Part shown: piece by piece, positions 41,001-54,400 of the stretch
Numbering within the stretch: position 1 is the first letter of the stretch
How the letters are laid out: every line of letters starts with the position of its first letter
DNA from: Auanema rhodensis
Lineage: Eukaryota; Animalia; Nematoda
DNA length: 64,000 nt
Direction of reading: 5' to 3'
Assembly: GCA_964057225.1 (NCBI GenBank)
Contig: OZ059900.1
Location: forward strand, 7,812,001 to 7,876,000
Made by a program: the position numbers and the translations under genes
Notes under the pieces: generated by a model
Told to the model about the DNA's origin: nothing
What the model saw: the letters and a program-made list of their open reading frames with translations, nothing else
The model's database searches: none

Positions 41001-42474
41001 GTACAAAACATGTGAAAACTGTATGTTTTGATCAGACCCTTTGAGATATGGATTTGAAATTCAGGATTCATAAACTTTGACTATTTTTACATATATATGT
41101 CCAATTTTAACCACTTTGGTCAAAAAGGACCGAAAATATCAAGAATTATTGGTTTTTTGGGGATTGAAGGGCATTTTGGCAAAATCAGTCAAACTTTTGA
41201 TCTTAAGCATATTTTTTTCTTCTAAAACGACTAAATGTATGAAATACTGTCATAGAATGTTCATATAGGTGTATTTTGCACGAATATCAAAACTGATTGA
41301 AATATGGGCCTTTTTATGCTCAAAACGCCATATATTCAACGATTTTGGGTACAAAACATGTGAAAACTGTATGTTTTGATCAGACCCTTTGAGATATGGA
41401 TTTGAAATTCAGGATTCATAAACTTTGACTATTTTTACATATATATGTCCAATTTTAACCACTTTGGTCGAAAAGGACCGAAAATATCAAGAATTATTGG
41501 TTTTTTGGGGATTGAAGGGCATTTTGGCAAAATCAGTCAAACTTTTGATCTTAAGCATATTTTTTTCTTCTAAAACGACTAAATGTATGAAATACTGTCA
41601 TAGAATGTTCATATAGGTGTATTTTGCACGAATATCAAAACTGATTGAAATATGGGCCTTTTTATGCTCAAAACGCCATATATTCAACGATTTTGGGTAC
41701 AAAACATGTGAAAACTGTATGTTTTGATCAGACCCTTTGAGATATGGATTTGAAATTCAGGATTCATAAACTTTGACTATTTTTACATATATATGTCCAA
41801 TTTTAACCACTTTGGTCAAAAAGGACCGAAAATATCAAGAATTATTGGTTTTTTGGGGTTTGAAGGGCATTTTGGCAAAATCAGTCAAACTTTTGATCTT
41901 AAGCATATTTTTTTCTTCTAAAACGACTAAATGTATGAAATACTGTCAAAGAATGTTCATATAGGTGTATTTTGCACGAATATCAAAACTGATTGAAATA
42001 TGGGCCTTTTTATGCTCAAAACGCCATATATTCAACGATTTTGGGTACAAAACATGTGAAAACTGTATGTTTTGATCAGACCCTTTGAGATATGGATTTG
42101 AAATTCAGGATTCATAAACTTCGACTATTTCTACATATATATGTCCAATTTTAACCACTTTGGTCAAAAAGGACCGAAAATATCAAGAATTATTGGTTTT
42201 TTGGGGTTTGAAGGGCATTTTGGCTAAATCAGTCAAACTTTTGATCTTAAGCTAATTTTTTTCTTCTAAAACGACTAAATGTATGAAATACTGTCAAAGA
42301 ATGTTCATATAGGTGTATTTTGCACGAATATCAAAACTGATTGAAATATGGGCCTTTTTATGCTCAAAACGCCATATATTCAACGATTTTGGGTACAAAA
42401 CATGTGAAAACTGTATGTTTTGATCAGACCCTTCGAGATATGGATTTGAAATTCAGGATTCATAAACTTCGACT

Positions 42475-42490
42475 ATTTTTACTTTTAACC
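42475..42490. other. 14-bp deletion (atatatatgtccaa) in one monomer
   Basis: gactatttttac|ttttaacc versus gactatttttac-atatatatgtccaa-ttttaacc. Spacing 41773 to 43499 = 5 x 348 - 14. Confidence 0.95.
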
Positions 42491-45400
42491 ACTTTGGTCA
42501 AAAAGGACCGAAAATATCAAGAATTATTGGTTTTTTGGGGTTTGAAGGGCATTTTGGCAAAATCAGTCAAACTTTTGATCTTAAGCATATTTTTTTCTTC
42601 TAAAACGACTAAATGTATGAAATACTGTCATAGAATGTTCATATAGGTGTATTTTGCACGAATATCAAAACTGATTGAAATATGGGCCTTTTTATGCTCA
42701 AAACGCCATATAATCAACGATTTTGGTTACAAAACATGTGAAAACTGTATGTTTTGATCAGACCCTTTGAGATATGGATTTGAAATTCAGGATTCATAAA
42801 CTTCGACTATTTCTACATATATATGTCCAATTTTAACCACTTTGGTCAAAAAGGACCGAAAATATCAAGAATTATTGGTTTTTTGGGGTTTGAAGGGCAT
42901 TTTGGCTAAATCAGTCAAACTTTTGATCTTAAGCATATTTTTTTCTTCTAAAACGACTAAATGTATGAAATACTGTCAAAGAATGTTCATATAGGTGTAT
43001 TTTGCACGAATATCAAAACTGATTGAAATATGGGCCTTTTTATGCTCAAAACGCCATATATTCAACGATTTTGGGTACAAAACATGTGAAAACTGTATGT
43101 TTTGATCAGACCCTTTGAGATATGGATTTGAAATTCAGGATTCATAAACTTCGACTATTTCTACATATATATGTTCAATTTTAACCACTTTGGTCAAAAA
43201 GGACCGAAAATATCAAGAATTATTGGTTTTTTGGGGTTTGAAGGGCATTTTGGCAAAATCAGTCAAACTTTTGATCTTAAGCATATTTTTTTCTTCTAAA
43301 ACGACTAAATGTATGAAATACTGTCATAGAATGTTCATATAGGTGTATTTTGCACGAATATCAAAACTGATTGAAATATGGGCCTTTTTATGCTCAAAAC
43401 GCCATATATTCAACGATTTTGGGTACAAAACATGTGAAAACTGTATGTTTTGATCAGACCCTTTGAGATATGGATTTGAAATTCAGGATTCATAAACTTT
43501 GACTATTTTTACATATATATGTCCAATTTTAACCACTTTGGTCAAAAAGGACCGAAAATATCAAGAATTATTGGTTTTTTGGGGTTTGAAGGGCATTTTG
43601 GCTAAATCAGTCAAACTTTTGATCTTAAGCATATTTTTTTCTTCTAAAACGACTAAATGTATGAAATACTGTCAAAGAATGTTCATATAGGTGTATTTTG
43701 CACGAATATCAAAACTGATTGAAATATGGGCCTTTTTATGCTCAAAACGCCATATATTCAACGATTTTGGGTACAAAACATGTGAAAACTGTATGTTTTG
43801 ATCAGACCCTTTGAGATATGGATTTAAAATTCAGGATTCATAAAATTCGACTATTTTTACATATATATGTCCAATTTTAACCACTTTGGTCAAAAAGGAC
43901 CGAAAATATCAAGAATTATTGGTTTTTTGGGGTTTGAAGGGCATTTTGGCAAAATCAGTCAAACTTTTGATCTTAAGCATATTTTTTTCTTCTAAAACGA
44001 CTAAATGTATGAAATACTGTCATAGAATGTTCATATAGGTGTATTTTGCACGAATATCAAAACTGATTGAAATATGGGCCTTTTTATGCTCAAAACGCCA
44101 TATATTCAACGATTTTGGGTACAAAACATGTGAAAACTGTATGTTTTGATCAGACCCTTTGAGATATGGATTTGAAATTCAGGATTCATAAACTTCGACT
44201 ATTTCTACATATATATGTCCAATTTTAACCACTTTGGTCAAAAAGGACCGAAAATATCAAAAATTATTGGTTTTTTGGGGTTTGAAGGGCATTTTGGCAA
44301 AATCAGTCAAACTTTTGATCTTAAGCATATTTTTTTCTTCTAAAACGACTAAATGTATGAAATACTGTCAAAGAATGTTCATATAGGTGTATTTTGCACG
44401 AATATCAAAACTGATTGAAATATGGGCCTTTTTATGCTCAAAACGCCATATATTCAACGATTTTGGGTACAAAACATGTGAAAACTGTATGTTTTGATCA
44501 GACCCTTTGAGATATGGATTTGAAATTCAGGATTCATAAACTTTGACTATTTTCACATATATATGTCCAATTTTAACCACTTTGGTCAAAAAGGACCGAA
44601 AATATCAAGAATTATTGGTTTTTTGGGGTTTGAAGGGCATTTTGGCAAAATCAGTCAAACTTTTGATCTTAAGCATATTTTTTTCTTCTAAAACGACTAA
44701 ATGTATGAAATACTGTCATAGAATGTTCATATAGGTGTATTTTGCACGAATATCAAAACTGATTGAAATATGGGCCTTTTTATGCTCAAAACGCCATATA
44801 TTCAACGATTTTGGGTACAAAACATGTGAAAACTGTATGTTTTGATCAGACCCTTTGAGATATGGATTTGAAATTCAGGATTCATAAACTTCGACTATTT
44901 CTACATATATATGTCCAATTTCAACCACTTTGGTCAAAAAGGACCGAAAATATCAAGAATTATTGGTTTTTTGGGGTTTGAAGGGCATTTTGGCAAAATC
45001 AGTCAAACTTTTGATCTTAAGCATATTTTTTTCTTCTAAAACGACTAAATGTATGAAATACTGTCAAAGAATGTTCATATAGGTGTATTTTGCACGAATA
45101 TCAAAACTGATTGAAATATGGGCCTTTTTATGCTCAAAACGCCATATATTCAACGATTTTGGGTACAAAACATGTGAAAACTGTATGTTTTGATCAGACC
45201 CTTTGAGATATGGATTTGAAATTCAGGATTCATAAACTTCGACTATTTCTACATATATATGTTCAATTTTAACCACTTTGGTCAAAAAGGACCGAAAATA
45301 TCAAGAATTATTGGTTTTTTGGGGTTTGAAGGGCATTTTGGCAAAATCAGTCAAACTTTTGATCTTAAGCATATTTTTTTCTTCTAAAACGACTAAATGT

Positions 45401-48400
45401 ATGAAATACTGTCATAGAATGTTCATATAGGTGTATTTTGCACGAATATCAAAACTGATTGAAATATGGGCCTTTTTATGCTCAAAACGCCATATATTCA
45501 ACGATTTTGGGTACAAAACATGTGAAAACTGTATGTTTTGATCAGACCCTTTGAGATATGGATTTGAAATTCAGGATTCATAAACTTTGACTATTTTTAC
45601 ATATATATGTCCAATTTTAACCACTTTGGTCAAAAAGGACCGAAAATATCAAGAATTATTGGTTTTTTGGGGTTTGAAGGGCATTTTGGCTAAATCAGTC
45701 AAACTTTTGATCTTAAGCATATTTTTTTCTTCTAAAACGACTAAATGTATGAAATACTGTCATAGAATGTTCATATAGGTGTATTTTGCACGAATATCAA
45801 AACTGATTGAAATATGGGCCTTTTTATGCTCAAAACGCCATATATTCAACGATTTTGGGTACAAAACATGTGAAAACTGTATGTTTTGATCAGACCCTTT
45901 GAGATATGGATTTGAAATTCAGGATTCATAAACTTTGACTATTTTTACATATATATGTCCAATTTTAACCACTTTGGTCAAAAAGGACCGAAAATATCAA
46001 GAATTATTGGTTTTTTGGGGTTTGAAGGGCATTTTGGCTAAATCAGTCAAACTTTTGATCTTAAGCATATTTTTTTCTTCTAAAACGACTAAATGTATGA
46101 AATACTGTCAAAGAATGTTCATATAGGTGTATTTTGCACGAATATCAAAACTGATTGAAATATGGGCCTTTTTATGCTCAAAACGCCATATATTCAACGA
46201 TTTTGGGTACAAAACATGTGAAAACTGTATGTTTTGATCAGACCCTTTGAGATATGGATTTAAAATTCAGGATTCATAAAATTCGACTATTTTTACATAT
46301 ATATGTCCAATTTTAACCACTTTGGTCAAAAAGGACCGAAAATATCAAGAATTATTGGTTTTTTGGGGTTTGAAGGGCATTTTGGCAAAATCAGTCAAAC
46401 TTTTGATCTTAAGCATATTTGTTTCTTCTAAAACGACTAAATGTATGAAATACTGTCATAGAATGTTCATATAGGTGTATTTTGCACGAATATCAAAACT
46501 GATTGAAATATGGGCCTTTTTATGCTCAAAACGCCATATATTCAACGATTTTGGGTACAAAACATGTGAAAACTGTATGTTTTGATCAGACCCTTTGAGA
46601 TATGGATTTGAAATTCAGGATTCATAAACTTTGACTATTTTTACATATATATGTTCAATTTTAACCACTTTGGTCAAAAAGGACCGAAAATATCAAGAAT
46701 TATTGGTTTTTTGGGGTTTGAAGGGCATTTTGGCTAAATCAGTCAAACTTTTGATCTTAAGCATATTTGTTTCTTCTAAAACGACTAAATGTATGAAATA
46801 CTGTCATAGAATGTTCATATAGGTGTATTTTGCACGAATATCAAAACTGATTGAAATATGGGCCTTTTTATGCTCAAAACGCCATATATTCAACGATTTT
46901 GGGTACAAAACATGTGAAAACTGTATGTTTTGATCAGACCCTTTGAGATATGGATTTGAAATTCAGGATTCATAAACTTTGACTATTTTTACATATATAT
47001 GTTCAATTTTAACCACTTTGGTCAAAAAGGACCGAAAATATCAAGAATTATTGGTTTTTTGGGGTTTGAAGGGCATTTTGGCAAAATCAGTCAAACTTTT
47101 GATCTTAAGCATATTTTTTTCTTCTAAAACGACTAAATGTATGAAATACTGTCATAGAATGTTCATATAGGTGTATTTTGCACGAATATCAAAACTGATT
47201 GAAATATGGGCCTTTTTATGCTCAAAACGCCATATATTCAACGATTTTGGGTACAAAACATGTGAAAACTGTATGTTTTGATCAGACCCTTTGAGATATG
47301 GATTTGAAATTCAGAATTCATAAACTTCGACTATTTCTACATATATATGTCCAATTTTAACCACTTTGGTCAAAAAGGACCGAAAATATCAAAAATTATT
47401 GGTTTTTTGGGGTTTGAAGGGCATTTTGGCAAAATCAGTCAAACTTTTGATCTTAAGCATATTTTTTTCTTCTAAAACGACTAAATGTATGAAATACTGT
47501 CAAAGAATGTTCATATAGGTGTATTTTGCACGAATATCAAAACTGATTGAAATATGGGCCTTTTTATGCTCAAAACGCCATATATTCAACGATTTTGGGT
47601 ACAAAACATGTGAAAACTGTATGTTTTGATCAGACCCTTTGAGATATGGATTTGAAATTCAGGATTCATAAACTTTGACTATTTTCACATATATATGTCC
47701 AATTTTAACCACTTTGGTCAAAAAGGACCGAAAATATCAAGAATTATTGGTTTTTTGGGGTTTGAAGGGCATTTTGGCAAAATCAGTCAAACTTTTGATC
47801 TTAAGCATATTTTTTTCTTCTAAAACGACTAAATGTATGAAATACTGTCATAGAATGTTCATATAGGTGTATTTTGCACGAATATCAAAACTGATTGAAA
47901 TATGGGCCTTTTTATGCTCAAAACGCCATATATTCAACGATTTTGGGTACAAAACATGTGAAAACTGTATGTTTTGATCAGACCCTTTGAGATATGGATT
48001 TGAAATTCAGGATTCATAAACTTCGACTATTTCTACATATATATGTCCAATTTTAACCACTTTGGTCAAAAAGGACCGAAAATATCAAGAATTATTGGTT
48101 TTTTGGGGTTTGAAGGGCATTTTGGCAAAATCAGTCAAACTTTTGATCTTAAGCATATTTTTTTCTTCTAAAACGACTAAATGTATGAAATACTGTCAAA
48201 GAATGTTCATATAGGTGTATTTTGCACGAATATCAAAACTGATTGAAATATGGGCCTTTTTATGCTCAAAACGCCATATATTCAACGATTTTGGGTACAA
48301 AACATGTGAAAACTGTATGTTTTGATCAGACCCTTTGAGATATGGATTTAAAATTCAGGATTCATAAAATTCGACTATTTTTACATATATATGTCCAATT

Positions 48401-51400
48401 TTAACCACTTTGGTCAAAAAGGACCGAAAATATCAAGAATTATTGGTTTTTTGGGGTTTGAAGGGCATTTTGGCAAAATCAGTCAAACTTTTGATCTTAA
48501 GCATATTTTTTTCTTCTAAAACGACTAAATGTATGAAATACTGTCATAGAATGTTCATATAGGTGTATTTTGCACGAATATCAAAACTGATTGAAATATG
48601 GGCCTTTTTATGCTCAAAACGCCATATATTCAACGATTTTGGGTACAAAACATGTGAAAACTGTATGTTTTGATCAGACCCTTTGAGATATGGATTTGAA
48701 ATTCAGGATTCATAAACTTCGACTATTTCTACATATATATGTCCAATTTTAACCACTTTGGTCAAAAAGGACCGAAAATATCAAGAATTATTGGTTTTTT
48801 GGGGTTTGAAGGGCATTTTGGCAAAATCAGTCAAACTTTTGATCTTAAGCATATTTTTTTCTTCTAAAACGACTAAATGTTTGAAATACTGTCAAAGAAT
48901 GTTCATATAGGTGTATTTTGCACGAATATCAAAACTGATTGAAATATGGGCCTTTTTATGCTCAAAACGCCATATATTCAACGATTTTGGGTACAAAACA
49001 TGTGAAAACTGTATGTTTTGATCAGACCCTTTGAGATATGGATTTAAAATTCAGGATTCATAAAATTCGACTATTTTTACATATATATGTCCAATTTTAA
49101 CCACTTTGGTCAAAAAGGACCGAAAATATCAAGAATTATTGGTTTTTTGGGGTTTGAAGGGCATTTTGGCAAAATCAGTCAAACTTTTGATCTTAAGCAT
49201 ATTTTTTTCTTCTAAAACGACTAAATGTATGAAATACTGTCATAGAATGTTCATATAGGTGTATTTTGCACGAATATCAAAACTGATTGAAATATGGGCC
49301 TTTTTATGCTCAAAACGCCATATATTCAACGATTTTGGGTACAAAACATGTGAAAACTGTATGTTTTGATCAGACCCTTTGAGATATGGATTCAAAATTC
49401 AGGATTCATAAAATTCGACTATTTTTACATATATATGTCCAATTTTAACCACTTTGGTCAAAAAGGACCGAAAATATCAAGAATTATTGGTTTTTTGGGG
49501 TTTGAAGGGCATTTTGGCAAAATCAGTCAAACTTTTGATCTTAAGCATATTTTTTTCTTCTAAAACGACTAAATGTATGAAATACTGTCAAAGAATGTTC
49601 ATATAGGTGTATTTTGCACGAATATCAAAACTGATTGAAATATGGGCCTTTTTATGCTCAAAACGCCATATATTCAACGATTTTGGGTACAAAACATGTG
49701 AAAACTGTATATTTTGATCAGACCCTTTGAGATATGGATTTGAAATTCAGGATTCATAAACTTTGACTATTTTTACATATATATGTTCAATTTTAACCAC
49801 TTTGGTCAAAAAGGACCGAAAATATCAAGAATTATTGGTTTTTTGGGGTTTGAAGGGCATTTTGGCAAAATCAGTCAAACTTTTGATCTTAAGCATATTT
49901 TTTTCTTCTAAAACGACTATATGTATGAAATACTGTCATAGAATGTTCATATAGGTGTATTTTGCACGAATATCAAAACTGATTGAAATATGGGCCTTTT
50001 TATGCTCAAAACGCCATATATTCAACGATTTTGGGTACAAAACATGTGAAAACTGTATGTTTTGATCAGACCTTTTGAGATATGGATTTGAAATTCAGGA
50101 TTCATAAACTTCGACTATTTCTACATATATATGTCCAATTTTAACCACTTTGGTCAAAAAGGACCGAAAATATCAAAAATTATTGGTTTTTTGGGGTTTG
50201 AAGGGCATTTTGGCAAAATCAGTCAAACTTTTGATCTTAAGCATATTTTTTTCTTCTAAAACGACTGAATGTATGAAATACTGTCAAAGAATGTTCATAT
50301 AGGTGTATTTTGCACGAATATCAAAACTGATTGAAATATGGGCCTTTTTATGCTCAAAACGCCATATATTCAACGATTTTGGGTACAAAACATGTGAAAA
50401 CTGTATGTTTTGATCAGACCCTTTGAGATATGGATTTGAAATTCAGGATTCATAAACTTCGACTATTTCTACATATATATGTTCAATTTTAACCACTTTG
50501 GTCAAAAAGGACCGAAAATATCAAGAATTATTGGTTTTTTGGGGTTTGAAGGGCATTTTGGCTAAATCAGTCAAACTTTTGATCTTAAGCATATTTTTTT
50601 CTTCTAAAACGACTAAATGTATGAAATACTGTCAAAGAATGTTCATATAGGTGTATTTTGCACGAATATCAAAACTGATTGAAATATGGGCCTTTTTATG
50701 CTCAAAACGCCATATATTCAACGATTTTGAGTACAAAACATGTGAAAACTGTATGTTTTGATCAGACCCTTTGAGATATGGATTTGAAATTCAGGATTCA
50801 TAAACTTCGACTATTTCTACATATATATGTTCAATTTTAACCACTTTGGTCAAAAAGGACCGAAAATATCAAGAATTATTGGTTTTTTGGGGTTTGAAGG
50901 CCATTTTGGCAAAATCAGTCAAACTTTTGATCTTAAGCATATTTTTTTCTTCTAAAACGACTAAATGTATGAAATACTGTCAAAGAATGTTCATATAGGT
51001 GTATTTTGCACGAATATCAAAACTGATTGAAATATGGGCCTTTTTATGCTCAAAACGCCATATATTCAACGATTTTGGGTACAAAACATGTGAAAACTGT
51101 ATGTTTTGATCAGAGCCTTTGAGATATGGATTTGAAATTCAGGATTCATAAACTTTGACTATTTTCACATATATATGTCCAATTTTAACCACTTTAGTCA
51201 AAAAGGACCGAAAATATCAAGAATTATTGGTTTTTTGGGGTTTGAAGGGCATTTTGGCAAAATCAGTCAAACTTTTGATCTTAAGCATATTTTTTTCTTC
51301 TAAAACGACTAAATGTATGAAATACTGTCATAGAATGTTCATATAGGTGTATTTTGCACGAATATCAAAACTGATTGAAATATGGGCCTTTTTATGCTCA

Positions 51401-54400
51401 AAACGCCATATATTCAACGATTTTGGGTACAAAACATGTGAAAACTGTATGTTTTGATCAGACCCTTTGAGATATGGATTTGAAATTCAGGATTCATAAA
51501 CTTCGACTATTTCTACATATATATGTCCAATTTTAACCACTTTGGTCAAAAAGGACCGAAAATATCAAGAATTATTGGTTTTTTGGGGTTTGAAGGGCAT
51601 TTTGGCAAAATCAGTCAAACTTTTGATCTTAAGCATATTTTTTTCTTCTAAAACGACTAAATGTATGAAATACTGTCAAAGAATGTTCATATAGGTGTAT
51701 TTTGCACGAATATCAAAACTGATTGAAATATGGGCCTTTTTATGCTCAAAACGCCATATATTCAACGATTTTGGGTACAAAACATGTGAAAACTGTATGT
51801 TTTGATCAGACCCTTTGAGATATGGATTTAAAATTCAGGATTCATAAAATTCGACTATTTTTACATATATATGTCCAATTTTAACCACTTTGGTCAAAAA
51901 GGACCGAAAATATCAAGAATTATTGGTTTTTTGGGGTTTGAAGGGCATTTTGGCAAAATCAGTCAAACTTTTGATCTTAAGCATATTTTTTTCTTCTAAA
52001 ACGACTAAATGTATGAAATACTGTCATAGAATGTTCATATAGGTGTATTTTGCACGAATATCAAAACTGATTGAAATATGGGCCTTTTTATGCTCAAAAC
52101 GCCATATATTCAACGATTTTGGGTACAAAACATGTGAAAACTGTATGTTTTGATCAGACCCTTTGAGATATGGATTTGAAATTCAGGATTCATAAACTTT
52201 GACTATTTTTACATATATATGTCCAATTTTAACCACTTTGGTCAAAAAGGACCGAAAATATCAAGAATTATTGGTTTTTTGGGGTTTGAAGGGCATTTTG
52301 GCTAAATCAGTCAAACTTTTGATCTTAAGCATATTTTTTTCTTCTAAAACGACTAAATGTATGAAATACTGTCAAAGAATGTTCATATAGGTGTATTTTG
52401 CACGAATATCAAAACTGATTGAAATATGGGCCTTTTTATGCTCAAAACGCCATATATTCAACGATTTTGGGTACAAAACATGTGAAAACTGTATGTTTTG
52501 ATCAGACCCTTTGAGATATGGATTTAAAATTCAGGATTCATAAAATTCGACTATTTTTACATATATATGTCCAATTTTAACCACTTTGGTCAAAAAGGAC
52601 CGAAAATATCAAGAATTATTGGTTTTTTGGGGTTTGAAGGGCATTTTGGCAAAATCAGTCAAACTTTTGATCTTAAGCATATTTGTTTCTTCTAAAACGA
52701 CTAAATGTATGAAATACTGTCATAGAATGTTCATATAGGTGTATTTTGCACGAATATCAAAACTGATTGAAATATGGGCCTTTTTATGCTCAAAACGCCA
52801 TATATTCAACGATTTTGGGTACAAAACATGTGAAAACTGTATGTTTTGATCAGACCCTTTGAGATATGGATTTGAAATTCAGGATTCATAAACTTTGACT
52901 ATTTTTACATATATATGTTCAATTTTAACCACTTTGGTCAAAAAGGACCGAAAATATCAAGAATTATTGGTTTTTTGGGGTTTGAAGGGCATTTTGGCTA
53001 AATCAGTCAAACTTTTGATCTTAAGCATATTTTTTTCTTCTAAAACGACTAAATGTATGAAATACTGTCAAAGAATGTTCATATAGGTGTATTTTGCACG
53101 AATATCAAAACTGATTGAAATATGGGCCTTTTTATGCTCAAAACGCCATATATTCAACGATTTTGGGTACAAAACATGTGAAAACTGTATGTTTTGATCA
53201 GACCCTTTGAGATATGGATTTAAAATTCAGGATTCATAAAATTCGACTATTTTTACATATATATGTCCAATTTTAACCACTTTGGTCAAAAAGGACCGAA
53301 AATATCAAGAATTATTGGTTTTTTGGGGTTTGAAGGGCATTTTGGCAAAATCAGTCAAACTTTTGATCTTAAGCATATTTTTTTCTTCTAAAACGACTAA
53401 ATGTATGAAATACTGTCATAGAGTGTTCATATAGGTGTATTTTGCACGAATATCAAAACTGATTGAAATATGGGCCTTTTTATGCTCAAAACGCCATATA
53501 TTCAACGATTTTGGGTACAAAACATGTGAAAACTGTATGTTTTGATCAGACCCTTTGAGATATGGATTTGAAATTCAGGATTCATAAACTTCGACTATTT
53601 CTACATATATATGTCCAATTTTAACCACTTTGGTCAAAAAGGACCGAAAATATCAAGAATTATTGGTTTTTTGGGGTTTGAAGGGCATTTTGGCTAAATC
53701 AGTCAAACTTTTGATCTTAAGCATATTTTTTTCTTCTAAAACGACTAAATGTATGAAATACTGTCAAAGAATGTTCATATAGGTGTATTTTGCACGAATA
53801 TCAAAACTGATTGAAATATGGGCCTTTTTATGCTCAAAACGCCATATATTCAACGATTTTGGGTACAAAACATGTGAAAACTGTATGTTTTGATCAGACC
53901 CTTTGAGATATGGATTTGAAATTCAGGATTCATAAACTTCGACTATTTCTACATATATATGTTCAATTTTAACCACTTTGGTCAAAAAGGACCGAAAATA
54001 TCAAGAATTATTGGTTTTTTGGGGTTTGAAGGGCATTTTGGCAAAATCAGTCAAACTTTTGATCTTAAGCATATTTTTTTCTTCTAAAACGACTAAATGT
54101 ATGAAATACTGTCATAGAATGTTCATATAGGTGTATTTTGCACGAATATCAAAACTGATTGAAATATGGGCCTTTTTATGCTCAAAACGCCATATATTCA
54201 ACGATTTTGGGTACAAAACATGTGAAAACTGTATGTTTTGATCAGACCCTTTGAGATATGGATTTGAAATTCAGGATTCATAAACTTTGACTATTTTTAC
54301 ATATATATGTCCAATTTTAACCACTTTGGTCAAAAAGGACCGAAAATATCAAGAATTATTGGTTTTTTGGGGTTTGAAGGGCATTTTGGCTAAATCAGTC

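Noticed and set aside
42341-42646. 101-aa ORF
   Set aside because: Produced by the 14-bp deletion at 42482 fusing two satellite reading frames; TTG start and no homology evident.
15306-49563. Alternative 65-75-aa ORFs (15306, 26069, 30243, 34418, 38606, 49366)
   Set aside because: Each arises from one or two point changes or indels that remove stop codons in satellite frames; no coding evidence.
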